Origin: an uncultured Candidatus Saccharibacteria bacterium
GTDB lineage: Bacteria; Patescibacteriota; Minisyncoccia; Phycocordibacterales; CSBR16-119
DNA: 64,000 nucleotides
Reading direction: 5' to 3'
NCBI GenBank assembly: GCA_964557535.1
Contig: CAZLAD010000003.1
Location: 25,671-89,670 of the forward strand
Numbering within the stretch: the first letter of the stretch is position 1; each line of letters opens with the position of its first letter. A model generated the notes under the pieces. That model was not told the DNA's origin. It made no database searches and saw nothing but the letters and a program-made list of their open reading frames with translations. This document shows positions 9,040 to 17,393 of this stretch, piece after piece. Position numbers and translations under genes: made by a program.

Positions 9040-10395
9040 CTATTTAAACATAACTCGAATTTGTTCAAGGTCGCGGACAAGTTTTTGATCGGATTTTAGG
9101 TCGTTTTTAATTTTAAGACATGAGTGAATAACGGTCGTATGGTCTTTTCCACCAAGTTTCTGCCCTATTAAAGGATAAGAAATATTAAAATCCTCTCGGA
9201 GAATATACATAATTAGTTGGCGCGCACGAACAATTTCTTTTCTACGAGTTTTTTCGTAAATATTATCCTCTTCCACTTCATAAAACTCACTTATTGTCTT
9301 CACAACGTTTTGAATAGAGACGTTTTTACCGGGCTTAATGTTGTTTTTTATAAGTTTTTTGACTTCTATTACAGATAAATCTCGTTTTTTGAGCTGAATT
9401 TGGCAAATTACAGTATTTAGACTTCCTTCAAGTTCTCGGATAGATCCAGAAATAGAGGTGGCGATGTATTCGATAACCTCAGGTGATAAAGAAAGACCGT
9501 TTTCGTCCAATTTAGAGCGAATTATGGCCGTTCTCGACTCAATATCAGGCTCTGTGATATCAACTATCATTCCTTGAGCGAAACGAGTTCGTAGGCGGTC
9601 TTCTAGGCCTATTATTTGGTTGGGGTGTTTGTCTGAGGAGAAGATAATTTGCTTCTGATTCTCGTGAAGCGTGTTAAATAGGTGAAAAAGCTCTTCCTGA
9701 GTCTTTTCTTTGTTGGAAATAAACTGAACGTCGTCCATGATCAAGACGTCGTATTTACGATATTTTTGTTTAAATTCGTTTGGTTTGTTGTTTCGAAGAG
9801 AATTTACATAGTCGATGGCAAACTTCTCGAGAGGAATATAGTGAATTTGTTTGTTTGGAAATTTATCCTTAATCGCGTTTCCTATTGCTTGGATAAGGTG
9901 GGTTTTTCCGAGCCCTGTTGGACCATAGATAAAGAAAGGATTGTAGTTGTGGCCAGGGTTTTTGATTATTGATTGGGCGGCCGCGTGGGCAAGTTCGTTA
10001 AAAGATCCAACGATAAAAGAATCAAACGTGTAGCGAGGGTTTAGGTTGTCTTTCCTATCGACATAGAGGTTTTTTAGAGGGAGCTCGCCGACAACAAAGC
10101 CTTCGTTTTGGCTGATTTGCCCATCCTCAGGCTTTTTACTACTAGAAAGTTTTGCGATAACAAACTCCACACTACGAATGCCTTCAGAATAGTTTCGAAG
10201 AAGTCCTAAAATAGCGGTTTTGTGTTTGGTATTTAGCCAATCACGGACGAATTCGTTTGGTACAGAGATGTAAGCGGTACCGTTTTCTTGTTTTACTAAA
10301 TTTGTGTTTTTAAACCAGGTGACAAAGTTGGCTCGAGAGAGAGTCGATTCAATCTCATCCAAACAGCTTTCCCAAATTTGTTTATTATCAACCAT
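9040..10395 (-). CDS. dnaA: Chromosomal replication initiator DnaA
   Basis: 451 aa. Walker A 'GPTGLGKTHL', AAA+ core, and a C-terminal DnaA-box-binding helix region '...DHTTVIHS...'. Confidence 0.95.
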   Translation of the reverse strand: MVDNKQIWESCLDEIESTLSRANFVTWFKNTNLVKQENGTAYISVPNEFVRDWLNTKHKTAILGLLRNYSEGIRSVEFVIAKLSSSKKPEDGQISQNEGFVVGELPLKNLYVDRKDNLNPRYTFDSFIVGSFNELAHAAAQSIIKNPGHNYNPFFIYGPTGLGKTHLIQAIGNAIKDKFPNKQIHYIPLEKFAIDYVNSLRNNKPNEFKQKYRKYDVLIMDDVQFISNKEKTQEELFHLFNTLHENQKQIIFSSDKHPNQIIGLEDRLRTRFAQGMIVDITEPDIESRTAIIRSKLDENGLSLSPEVIEYIATSISGSIRELEGSLNTVICQIQLKKRDLSVIEVKKLIKNNIKPGKNVSIQNVVKTISEFYEVEEDNIYEKTRRKEIVRARQLIMYILREDFNISYPLIGQKLGGKDHTTVIHSCLKIKNDLKSDQKLVRDLEQIRVMFK

Positions 10396-10621
10396 GGTTT
10401 TTAAATTCTTGGCTAAAGACTAATGTTCGTTATTATAATTTATTTTTGTAATGTGTGGATAATTCAAAAATTGTGTACAACCTGTGAATTACTGTGGAAA
10501 AGTCGAAGGTTCTGAGGAGCTCGAAGGATGTGTGGAGAATTATACACGACTAATATTTTTCCGCGCAATATTTTCGCACCACACATTGATTTATTTTTAT
10601 GTCTAGTGTATACTTCCCCAC
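10396..10621. promoter_or_regulatory. Putative oriC / dnaA promoter region with a cluster of DnaA boxes
   Basis: Perfect TTATCCACA (complement of tgtggataa at 10454-10462). Near-consensus boxes follow: tgtgtacaa, tgtggaaaa, tgtggagaa, ccacacatt, ccccacatg. The region is AT-rich and lies between divergent dnaA and rpmH. A further TTATCAACA-like box sits at about 8857 in the dnaN-dnaA spacer. Confidence 0.7.
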
Positions 10622-10783
10622 ATGTCACGAACATATAATCCAAAAAAGAAAAAAAGAGCCAAGACTCATGGTTTCAGAGCTCGTTCCAAGACGACCTCAG
10701 GCAAAAAGGTTCTCCTTGCCCGCCGTCGCAAAGGACGCAAGAAGTTGACCATTTCTAAACCTCGCGTTAAGTCAGCCAAATAA
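10622..10783 (+). CDS. rpmH: 50S ribosomal protein L34
   Basis: 53 aa, '[53 protein letters not shown]'. Not in the ORF track because it is under 60 aa. Classical position upstream of rnpA. Confidence 0.85.
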   Translation: MSRTYNPKKKKRAKTHGFRARSKTTSGKKVLLARRRKGRKKLTISKPRVKSAK

Positions 10784-10790
10784 TATTCTA

Positions 10791-11120
10791 ATGATCCCGA
10801 AGACTAATAGGATAAATCGGGAAGATTTCGAGAAAGTAATGAAAAAAGGCGGGTTTTTGAACTCGTCTTTTTTCACACTTAGATTCCTTAAAAATCCAAT
10901 AAATTCAACACATTTTAGTATTGTGGTGGCGAAAAAAGTCGCCAAAACCGCGGTTTTGAGGAATAAAATTCGAAGACGAGGTTACTCAATACTTAAAAAA
11001 TCCGAAAAAACATTGAAAAATAAGGGTTTTTTGATACTTTTTGCAAAAAAAGGTGTCGAAAAGGCTACTTTTAAAGCGGTTGAGGCAGATATTCTTAAAT
11101 TACTTGAAAAACTAAAATGA
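10791..11120 (+). CDS. rnpA: Ribonuclease P protein component
   Basis: 109 aa, basic, follows rpmH. Conserved RnpA-like 'F..V.K......AV.RN..RR' pattern. Confidence 0.85.
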   Translation: MIPKTNRINREDFEKVMKKGGFLNSSFFTLRFLKNPINSTHFSIVVAKKVAKTAVLRNKIRRRGYSILKKSEKTLKNKGFLILFAKKGVEKATFKAVEADILKLLEKLK

Positions 11121-11338
11121 AGTACTTATTTTTAGGGCTTATTTGGCTCTATCAACACACCTTTTCCCCTCTTTTCCGTCTCTTTAGGGTAAATTGCCGG
11201 TTTTACCCAACTTGTTCACACTATACCCGCGAAGCCTTTGAAAAACATGGATTTTTAAAGGGTTTTTGGCTTTCCGCCCGGCGAATTTCCAGATGTCACC
11301 CTTGGGGCGGATCTGGAATTGATGAGGTTCCGAAATAA
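11117..11338 (+). CDS. yidD: Membrane protein insertion efficiency factor YidD
   Basis: 73 aa. '[46 protein letters not shown]' is the YidD signature. Its start overlaps the rnpA stop (ATGA). Confidence 0.85.
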   Translation: MKYLFLGLIWLYQHTFSPLFRLFRVNCRFYPTCSHYTREAFEKHGFLKGFWLSARRISRCHPWGGSGIDEVPK

Positions 11339-11374
11339 TTTTGAAATTAAGGGTTTTTAAGATAGAATCGAGAA

Positions 11375-12130
11375 ATGTTTAATACTATTTTCGTCGAGCC
11401 TTTATATAACACCCTTGTTTTTCTGGTAAATGTTGTGCCGTGGCACGACGTCGGTATTGCCATAATTGTTCTAACTATACTGGTTAAGCTTATTTTGGCC
11501 CCATTGCACGCCAAAGCCATCCGTGGGCAATTTCAAATGAAGGCCCTCGAGCCAAAGATTCGAGAAATCAAGAAAAATTATCCCGACAAACAAGAGCAGG
11601 CTAAAAAAACTTTTGAACTCTACAAAGAATACAAAATCTCTCCCCTCGCCGGATGTTTACCGATCCTTATCCAACTCCCAATCATTTTGGCTCTTTATCG
11701 AGTTTTCTTGGGCGGATTTAATTTTGACGCGACACCACTATATGGATTTATAAATCAACCAGAACAAGTAAAACTTTTGTTTCTTGGTATCCAAGACCTG
11801 ACACAAAAATCAATCATCTTTGCCATTCTTGCTGGAGCAACACAGTATCTACAAGTTCACTTTTCTGCCGCCAGAAATCCAGTCAACGTCGATCCAAACG
11901 ATACATCAATGGCGGCTAACATGACCAAGATGATGGGTAAGCAAATGAAATATTTTTTACCAGTATTTGTGGCGATCATTTCGTATCAAATTTCCGCCGC
12001 CATCGCGCTTTATTGGGCAGTCAACAACATTTTCACTACGGTTCAGGAATATTTAATTCACAAGAAAATGATCAAGCGTGGCCAGGTCACCGAGATTAAA
12101 AATTCCTTCGACCCCGCTTTGAATAAATAA
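11375..12130 (+). CDS. yidC: YidC/Oxa1-family membrane protein insertase (short Gram-positive/CPR type)
   Basis: 251 aa, multi-TM, in the conserved rnpA-yidD-yidC-jag synteny. Confidence 0.85.
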   Translation: MFNTIFVEPLYNTLVFLVNVVPWHDVGIAIIVLTILVKLILAPLHAKAIRGQFQMKALEPKIREIKKNYPDKQEQAKKTFELYKEYKISPLAGCLPILIQLPIILALYRVFLGGFNFDATPLYGFINQPEQVKLLFLGIQDLTQKSIIFAILAGATQYLQVHFSAARNPVNVDPNDTSMAANMTKMMGKQMKYFLPVFVAIISYQISAAIALYWAVNNIFTTVQEYLIHKKMIKRGQVTEIKNSFDPALNK

Positions 12131-12133
12131 AAT

Positions 12134-12592
12134 ATGAATGAAACTGATCTCAAAAATTTAATCCAAGAATTCCTCGAGAAAACCAGTTTCAGCTTCGTGG
12201 ATATCGATGTTTCTCTCGATATGGATGATGGATCTTATTGGATCGCTGTTAGAACGAATGACTCACGGCATTTGATTGGTCAAAACGGCGAAATGATTCA
12301 GACAATCAACCACTTGTTCAAAAGAATACTCGAGGCTCGTCACAAAGAGAACACCCCACGCGTAACAGTAGACATAAACGGTTACCAGAAAGAGCACATC
12401 AATAAAATAAAAACCACCGCGCACATGATGGCCGAACGCGCACGATTTTTCAAAAGTAAAATCGAGCTTGAGCCGATGAATCCATACGAGCGCCGGATTG
12501 TGCACGATTTTGTCTCTAAACATCCAGACCTTACCTCCGAATCAACTGGCACCGGCCCAACCAGACGCGTAGTTATTTTCTACAAACACTAG
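12134..12592 (+). CDS. jag: Jag/KhpB-like RNA-binding protein (KH + R3H domains)
   Basis: 152 aa. C-terminal R3H-like 'RRIVHDFVSKHPDLTSESTGTGPTRRVVI'. Immediately follows yidC. Confidence 0.8.
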   Translation: MNETDLKNLIQEFLEKTSFSFVDIDVSLDMDDGSYWIAVRTNDSRHLIGQNGEMIQTINHLFKRILEARHKENTPRVTVDINGYQKEHINKIKTTAHMMAERARFFKSKIELEPMNPYERRIVHDFVSKHPDLTSESTGTGPTRRVVIFYKH

Positions 12593-12635
12593 AATAGTTT
12601 TTTGTTTTGCGACCCTTAAAAATCTCCGCACTAAA

Positions 12636-12745
12636 AACAAGATGTTTTGCCTTAAAAGTCCGTTCTGTTTGAGGAGTGTCTAAACACTCCGAGTTAACGG
12701 ATCTTTTTGGCTTAAAACATCTTGTTTTTAGGCTAGATTTTTTCT
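12636..12745 (+). terminator. Long interrupted hairpin (about 35-bp stem with an internal hairpin), followed by a T-run; candidate terminator of the rpmH-jag operon
   Basis: 5' arm CTAAAAACAAGATGTTTTGCCTTAAAAGTCCGTT and 3' arm AACGGATCTTTTTGGCTTAAAACATCTTGTTTTTAG, with a central hairpin GGAGTGTctaaaCACTCC, then ..gattttttct. The 450-bp jag-rny spacer is unusually long for this genome. Confidence 0.5.
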
Positions 12746-13041
12746 GGGTCAAAGGAGTTTTTGGTTACTTTTTTCTCCGTAAAAAAGTAATGGGTTGGCC
12801 TTTAAAAGAAATGTTTTGAGTTACCATTTGGGAACGTGGCCATAACCAAACCCTTTCTCATTAGACACAGGCTCCCTATTTCTGCTATATTAAAGATACC
12901 GAAATTTAATAATTTTTAGTTGAAAATCGCTTTAAATCGCTTGTTTTACACCAAAATATGTTTTTAAGAAGTTTAAAATCAGAGAGGTATCACTTAACAC
13001 GGCCATAAAACAGGCTACTAAAAGGCGATTTTAAAAATCGC

Positions 13042-14562
13042 ATGAACACAATAATTTTTGCAGTCATCGGACTTCTTGTGGGTGCGGGTGTTGGATATTA
13101 CCTACGAATGGTTGTCGCGCTTGCCAAACAGGGTTCGATGGAGCTCGATATCAAAGAGCAAATGCTCTCCGCCAAAGAAGAAGCACAAAAAATCTTGGCT
13201 GAGGCCACCAAAAAGGCCGAAGACAAGATTAGAGAAATGGAAGCCGAAGAAAAAAGTCGCCTCGAAGACGTGAAAAAAGCCGAAGATCGCGTAATCAAAA
13301 AAGAAGATACTCTTGAGGCCAAAGATCGCGAACTTCAAAAGCACGCCGACGAGTTAAATAAAAAAATCGAAGAAGTAAATAAGATAAAACTCGAAGTCGA
13401 AGAAAAGAAATTAGGGCTTGAGTCCGAACTCGAAAAGATTTCTGGACTTTCTCGTGAAGAAGCCCGCGAACAACTGTTCAAAGAGATCGAAGCCCGCTCA
13501 GAAGAAGATGTTTTGGTGCGCATGCAGAAACTAGAGAATGCTTCCAAAGAAAAGCTCGATTTGCGCGCGCGTGAGATACTTGCCTCCTCTATTCAGCGTA
13601 TGGCAAATGAGGGCGTGAGTGAATTTATGGCTACGACCGTCACTATTCCAAACGACGAAATCAAAGGAAAAATAATTGGTAAAGAGGGACGAAATATTCG
13701 TGCATTTGAACGCGCGGCCGGAGTCGAAGTCATTGTTGATGATACTCCAGGTGTTATTACCATCTCATCATTTGATCCAGTGCGAAGACAAGTTGCGCGC
13801 ATTGCTCTTGAGAATCTAATTCTCGACGGCAGAATTCAACCAGCGAAAATCGAAGAGATGGTTGAGAAAGCCAAAGAAGACATCAATAAAATCATCAAGC
13901 AAAAAGGCGAAGAAGCAGTTTACGAATGCGGAATATTCAATCTTGATCCGCGCGTCATTGCTATCCTCGGGCGACTTCATTTCCGCACAAGTTATGGGCA
14001 GAATGTTCTCGCACACTCCGTAGAAATGGCTCACGTTGGTGGAATTATCGCGGCCGAGATTGGCGCGGATGTCGCCGTGACCAAGGCCGGATGTTTGGTT
14101 CATGACATCGGCAAAGCCCTGACTCATGAGGTTCAAGGCACACACGTAGAAATCGGTATGCGTATCCTTCAGAAGTTTGGCACCGATCAGCGCATCATTG
14201 ACGCGATGAAATCTCACCACGAAGAATTTCCTTACGAAACAGTCGAGTCTCATATCGTCCAGACGGCTGACGCCATCTCTGGTGGTCGCCCAGGAGCACG
14301 CTCTGATACGGCCGAGAATTACCTAAAGCGCCTGACAGAACTAGAAACCCTCATCGATTCATTTGATGGCGTTGAAAAGTCTTATGCTATTGCTGCGGGT
14401 CGCGAAGTCCGAGTGTTTGTAAACCCAGACAACATAACAGATATGCAATCAGCCGATCTGTCTCGAGACATTGCCAAATCCATTGAGCAGGAACTTAAAT
14501 ATCCAGGAGAAATCAAGGTTATCGTTATACGCGAGAAACGAATAGTTTCTTATGCGAGGTAG
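13042..14562 (+). CDS. rny: Ribonuclease Y
   Basis: 506 aa. N-terminal TM, coiled-coil, KH domain ('IIGKEGRNIRAFERAAGVEVIVDD') and HD domain ('HSVEMAHV...VHDIGKA'). Confidence 0.9.
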   Translation: MNTIIFAVIGLLVGAGVGYYLRMVVALAKQGSMELDIKEQMLSAKEEAQKILAEATKKAEDKIREMEAEEKSRLEDVKKAEDRVIKKEDTLEAKDRELQKHADELNKKIEEVNKIKLEVEEKKLGLESELEKISGLSREEAREQLFKEIEARSEEDVLVRMQKLENASKEKLDLRAREILASSIQRMANEGVSEFMATTVTIPNDEIKGKIIGKEGRNIRAFERAAGVEVIVDDTPGVITISSFDPVRRQVARIALENLILDGRIQPAKIEEMVEKAKEDINKIIKQKGEEAVYECGIFNLDPRVIAILGRLHFRTSYGQNVLAHSVEMAHVGGIIAAEIGADVAVTKAGCLVHDIGKALTHEVQGTHVEIGMRILQKFGTDQRIIDAMKSHHEEFPYETVESHIVQTADAISGGRPGARSDTAENYLKRLTELETLIDSFDGVEKSYAIAAGREVRVFVNPDNITDMQSADLSRDIAKSIEQELKYPGEIKVIVIREKRIVSYAR

Positions 14563-14565
14563 TAA

Positions 14566-14758
14566 TACGCTCCGCAAAAACCTCCTTTTCCTTACCCTCC
14601 GGGATCGCTTCGCTAGGTCCTCGGGTTCGTAAAAGGAGGTTTTTGCTACGCTGAAAATCTATTTCCAAGCAGAGCAAAACATACATTTCTGTTTTTGAGG
14701 ACCTAGTGCAAAGACGCGCTCCCACAGAAAACAGAAATGTATGTTTTGCGGAGTGGCG
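14566..14758. ncRNA. Two tandem copies, in opposite orientations, of a conserved 80-nt hairpin element (copy 1a at 14573-14648 and copy 1b at 14672-14753), nested in an outer GCTCCGCAAAA / TTTTGCGGAG stem
   Basis: Long perfect stems (16 bp and 22 bp) enclose loops with the conserved core GAGGACCTAG(T/C)GCAAAGACGCG. Homologous elements lie at 54956-55030 and 56229-56310; the stems differ between copies while the loop is conserved. Confidence 0.5.
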
Positions 14759-14858
14759 CTTGCGTCAAAAAACCCTTGCGATATAATGGTTTCAGACATA
14801 AATCGTTTTCGGGCGACATTATCAACCTAATTCTACGTACTACTTTCTACGTACTACG

Positions 14859-15141
14859 TACTAAAATTATGAATAAAGCAGCATTGGTAGAAAATGTTCA
14901 TGGCATGCTTGGTGGAACCAAAACTCAAGCCGAGCAGGTCGTTGATGGAATCTTTGATGCCATCACAGGAGAGATGAAGAAAGGCAGCGAAGTTTCAATC
15001 TCTGGATTTGGAATCTTCTCAGCCAAGATGAGAAAAGCTCGCACGGCGCGAAATCCTCGAACTGGCGAATCCGTATCTGTTCCGGCCCAGAAGGTGCCAA
15101 AATTCCGAGCTTCAAAAGCTTTGAAGGACGCGCTCAAATAA
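14859..15141 (+). CDS. hup: HU-family nucleoid-associated DNA-binding protein
   Basis: 94 aa. 'MNKAALVENVHGMLGGTKTQAEQVVDGIFDAI...FGIFSAKMRKARTARNPRTGESVSVPAQKVPKFRASKALKDAL' is the canonical HU/IHF fold signature. The N-terminal extension in the ORF track is rejected. Confidence 0.85.
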
Positions 15142-15170
15142 TCGAAAAATTTTATAGATTCTATAAACCA

Positions 15171-15198
15171 CAAAAACCCCGCGAGGGGTTTTTGTGTT
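15171..15198 (+). terminator. Rho-independent terminator (aaaaaCCCCGCGAGGGGtttttgtgtt)
   Basis: GC hairpin plus a T-run directly after hup. Confidence 0.7.
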
Positions 15199-15207
15199 AA
15201 AAACGAA

Positions 15208-15384
15208 TCACCCCGAACTTGTCGGGGTGTCGTCCTTCGGTGGTATCTGGAAACCTTTGACCACTATGGGACCAGAAGGATTCCCTTTGTCCAGGAACAT
15301 TTCTTCCGTCTTGCGATTGATGAGTTTGTAGATCTCTTTCAAATCGCTCTCCGAAATTCCTGTCCTCTTAGAAACATTCTTCAT
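15208..15384 (-). CDS. Small hypothetical protein with a possible HTH ('SKRTGISESDLKEIYKLINRK'); N-terminus uncertain
   Basis: The ORF runs to 15621 but its 5' part overlaps tRNA-Gly and its promoter, so an internal start (Met at 15384 or an upstream GTG) is assumed. Confidence 0.25.
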   Translation of the reverse strand: MKNVSKRTGISESDLKEIYKLINRKTEEMFLDKGNPSGPIVVKGFQIPPKDDTPTSSG

Positions 15385-15584
15385 GTTCTTGGTGAAAGCG
15401 ATAAGGGACTGTAAGTGTCCTCTGTCGCCTACCCAATAGATCGTCAGGACTCCGAGCTTTTTCAGGAGCTCGTCTTCTTTGTTGTCTGGCACGGGCTCGT
15501 GAATTTGTTTGTAGATTACGCTTAAAAATATTTTTGTCAACAAGATGTAGACGCGAGAAACAATTCGTGTATAATATCCAAATC

Positions 15585-15655
15585 GCGGGATTAGTTTATC
15601 GGTAAAACAACAGTTTTCCAAACTGTGGTGAGGAGTTCGACTCTCCTATCCCGCA
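15585..15655 (+). tRNA. tRNA-Gly (anticodon TCC)
   Basis: Manual cloverleaf: acceptor GCGGGAT/ATCCCGC, D-stem GTTT/AAAC, anticodon stem ACAGT/ACTGT with loop TTTCCAA, T-arm AGGAG-TTCGACT-CTCCT, discriminator A. No encoded CCA. TATAAT at 15571-15576. Confidence 0.8.
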
Positions 15656-15710
15656 CAAAAAGCAAGAATTGCTTTTTGGCAGGATAAGGAGGCAAAAAGT
15701 TTTGCCTCTG

Positions 15711-15805
15711 TGGAGATTCGAAGGCCGGAGCGATGCCCTTTGGGCGAGCGAGGCGGGGTCGCGAGTTCGCGAAGCGAAACTTGTGACCGACTCTCCTATC
15801 CCGCA
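15711..15805 (+). repeat. tRNA-linked repeat module ending in an 18-nt direct copy of the tRNA-Gly(TCC) 3' end (cgactctcctatcccgca at 15788-15805)
   Basis: The exact 18-mer is shared with 15638-15655. The upstream part (GATTCGAAGGCCGGAGCG...GAGCGAGGCGGGGTCGC) resembles, in reverse complement, the modules at 17780-17856 and 18143-18220. Confidence 0.5.
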
Positions 15806-15888
15806 CCGCTTAAAAGCGAAAGACGAGGGTGTGTGAACAGCCATGTCTGTGTGGGGACAATAGATTTTTATAATTTGGTTTGTAGAGT

Positions 15889-15961
15889 CGGGGCGTGGTG
15901 TAACGGCTAACATGTCTGTTTTGGGAACAGATGACTCCGGGTTCGAATCCCGGCGCCCCGA
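15889..15961 (+). tRNA. tRNA-Pro (anticodon TGG)
   Basis: Acceptor CGGGGCG/CGCCCCG, anticodon stem TCTGT/ACAGA with loop TTTGGGA, T-arm CCGGG-TTCGAAT-CCCGG, discriminator A. TATAAT at 15869-15874. Confidence 0.8.
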
Positions 15962-16023
15962 CTCTCTAAAGCAAATAAAATCTATTGTCCGGAGCCTAAA
16001 TGGCTCCGAGGCCCGAAGGGAGA

Positions 16024-16053
16024 GACTCCGGGTTCGAATCCCGGCGCCCCGAC
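16024..16053 (+). repeat. 30-nt direct copy of the tRNA-Pro 3' end (gactccgggttcgaatcccggcgccccgac), 63 nt downstream of the gene
   Basis: Identical to 15932-15961. Lacks a 5' acceptor partner, so it is not a complete tRNA. Confidence 0.55.
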
Positions 16054-16093
16054 AACTTTCAATAAAAAGCTAGAGCCCCGAGTAACCGGGGCC

Positions 16094-16660
16094 CTAGTAG
16101 TAAGGTGCGACAATCTTGTCTTCGCCGACGTAGTTAACAAGGTTTCTCCAGCTATCAATACCGCTGACGACGGCCTCAATCTCCATGTGGGGGCAGAAAC
16201 CCCTGGCCACCTCAATATCACTAACTGTGTCGGTGACAAAAGATACGTCTATCACAGGGTTGTATCCTTTGCAGAGTTGCCGGAACATCTCTTTCTTGTC
16301 TCGGGTGTCATCTTGAGTAAGAATCGGCCCAAAGAGGTGTCGGATACCAGAACCCTCCAAATGGCGCTCTATCGTTTCCTTGTTGTTAAGAGACGCTATT
16401 GCGAGTGTTGTTGAGATTGATTCCCTTTCAAGTCGTAGTACATTCTCTGGTGACATTGTTTTCGAGAAATACCTACGCACAAACGCCTCATAGTAGGGTC
16501 TGACCGAAGTTTCTTCGATCATTTCTTGGGTAAAGAATCCACCTTCAGCACCAATTCTCCATAGCAACTCTTCGGGGATTTCATTTGCCATTTCCAAAAC
16601 GCAATGAGAGGGGTGCTGGAAAAGTACCCCGTCGAAGTCGTAAATTCTTAACTTTTTCAT
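16094..16660 (-). CDS. HAD-superfamily hydrolase
   Basis: Start assumed at 'MKKLRIYDFDGVLF' (DxDG motif I of HAD phosphatases), giving 188 aa. Confidence 0.65.
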   Translation of the reverse strand: MKKLRIYDFDGVLFQHPSHCVLEMANEIPEELLWRIGAEGGFFTQEMIEETSVRPYYEAFVRRYFSKTMSPENVLRLERESISTTLAIASLNNKETIERHLEGSGIRHLFGPILTQDDTRDKKEMFRQLCKGYNPVIDVSFVTDTVSDIEVARGFCPHMEIEAVVSGIDSWRNLVNYVGEDKIVAPYY

Positions 16661-16713
16661 GAGCGGGGGTTTTCGACCAGATACTAGCACACCCCTTTTA
16701 AAAAACAATAAAA

Positions 16714-17112
16714 CTAAACCACGTTTTCCATCAGAACTACCTTCCCTGCTCGCCTTATTGGATCTATGTAAACTAGTGCTAGATCTACCTGGAAGTCCGC
16801 TTCGCCTAAATCTTTGGCCAAGCGGTAATATTCGACTGTTCGGACGAACCTCGCTATTTTCTTTGGATGCATGTTTTCCTCTGGTCGAAAGCCGGATGTT
16901 TCAGATGAAACATCGTCTAGTGTTACACGGGAAACGCTTTTCACTTCGATAAAGTGCCAATTTTTAGCTTTTTTCGCCACAATGTCTATTTCCCCACACT
17001 TTTGGGTGTAATTGGTCTCTATAATCTGGAAACCGTGTTTCATGAGAAACATAACGGCCAATTTCTCGCCAATTTCCCCGATCTTCTGGGTTTTTGAGGT
17101 AAAAGTTTTCAT
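16714..17112 (-). CDS. YraN/UPF0102-family endonuclease (restriction-endonuclease-like fold)
   Basis: 132 aa. 'GEIDIVAKK...HFIEVKS' matches the YraN core. Confidence 0.75.
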   Translation of the reverse strand: MKTFTSKTQKIGEIGEKLAVMFLMKHGFQIIETNYTQKCGEIDIVAKKAKNWHFIEVKSVSRVTLDDVSSETSGFRPEENMHPKKIARFVRTVEYYRLAKDLGEADFQVDLALVYIDPIRRAGKVVLMENVV

Positions 17113-17393
17113 CCCGCTGGTGATAGGAAGCGCTTCAGCCTAGCCCTGAGATAAGCTTTGCCTTGCCCAGATTTAAGTTGTAATTCCCTAGATTTTGCGT
17201 CTTCTTGATTTCGATAACACTCATAATATATAAGCTCAAATGGGCCTCTTCCCTTGGTGTGGAAACTCTTACCATGGTTATGTTGGTAAAAGCGCTTCCG
17301 TAGGTCACTTGTAAATCCGGTATACCAATTACCATCGGTTTTACTCCGAAGTACATAAGTGTAATAGAACTTAAAATCACTATCGGGATTCAT
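17109..17393 (-). CDS. GIY-YIG nuclease-domain protein
   Basis: 94 aa. 'YYTYVLRSKTDGNWYTGFTSDLRKRFYQHN' is the GIY-YIG signature. Overlaps the YraN start by 4 nt. Confidence 0.7.
   Translation of the reverse strand: MNPDSDFKFYYTYVLRSKTDGNWYTGFTSDLRKRFYQHNHGKSFHTKGRGPFELIYYECYRNQEDAKSRELQLKSGQGKAYLRARLKRFLSPAG

Noticed and set aside
12593-13041. RNase P RNA, tmRNA or SRP RNA in the long jag-rny spacer
   Set aside because: Conserved cores were looked for by eye and not found. These are the P4 GGAAAGUCCGG...AGGGAAGC of RNase P RNA, the AGGAAGCAGCC of SRP RNA, and the tRNA-like ends of tmRNA. Only a weak AAAGTCCG match is present.
13058-14253. Short + and - strand ORFs overlapping rny (13058-13273, 13098-13344, 13816-14253 and others)
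   Set aside because: They overlap the RNase Y frame, which carries KH and HD motifs, and are biased by the Lys/Glu-rich coiled-coil region.
14737-14858. N-terminal extension of the HU ORF (ORF-track start 14737)
   Set aside because: HU family proteins are about 90 aa and start with 'MNK..L'. The extension runs through the upstream hairpin elements and a 'CTACGTACTA' repeat region.
15585-15655. Alternative reading of this tRNA as tRNA-Trp (anticodon CCA, loop TTCCAAA)
   Set aside because: With the D-stem GTTT/AAAC fixed, only one nucleotide separates the D-stem from the anticodon stem ACAGT/ACTGT. This places TCC at positions 34-36, giving tRNA-Gly(TCC). The CCA reading would need two nucleotides at position 26.
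15656-15787. The 130-bp segment between tRNA-Gly(TCC) and its 3'-end copy, as an integrated mobile element
   Set aside because: It is too small to encode anything and has no ORF. It consists of hairpins plus the shared 70-nt module, so it is reported as a repeat or scar and not as a mobile element.
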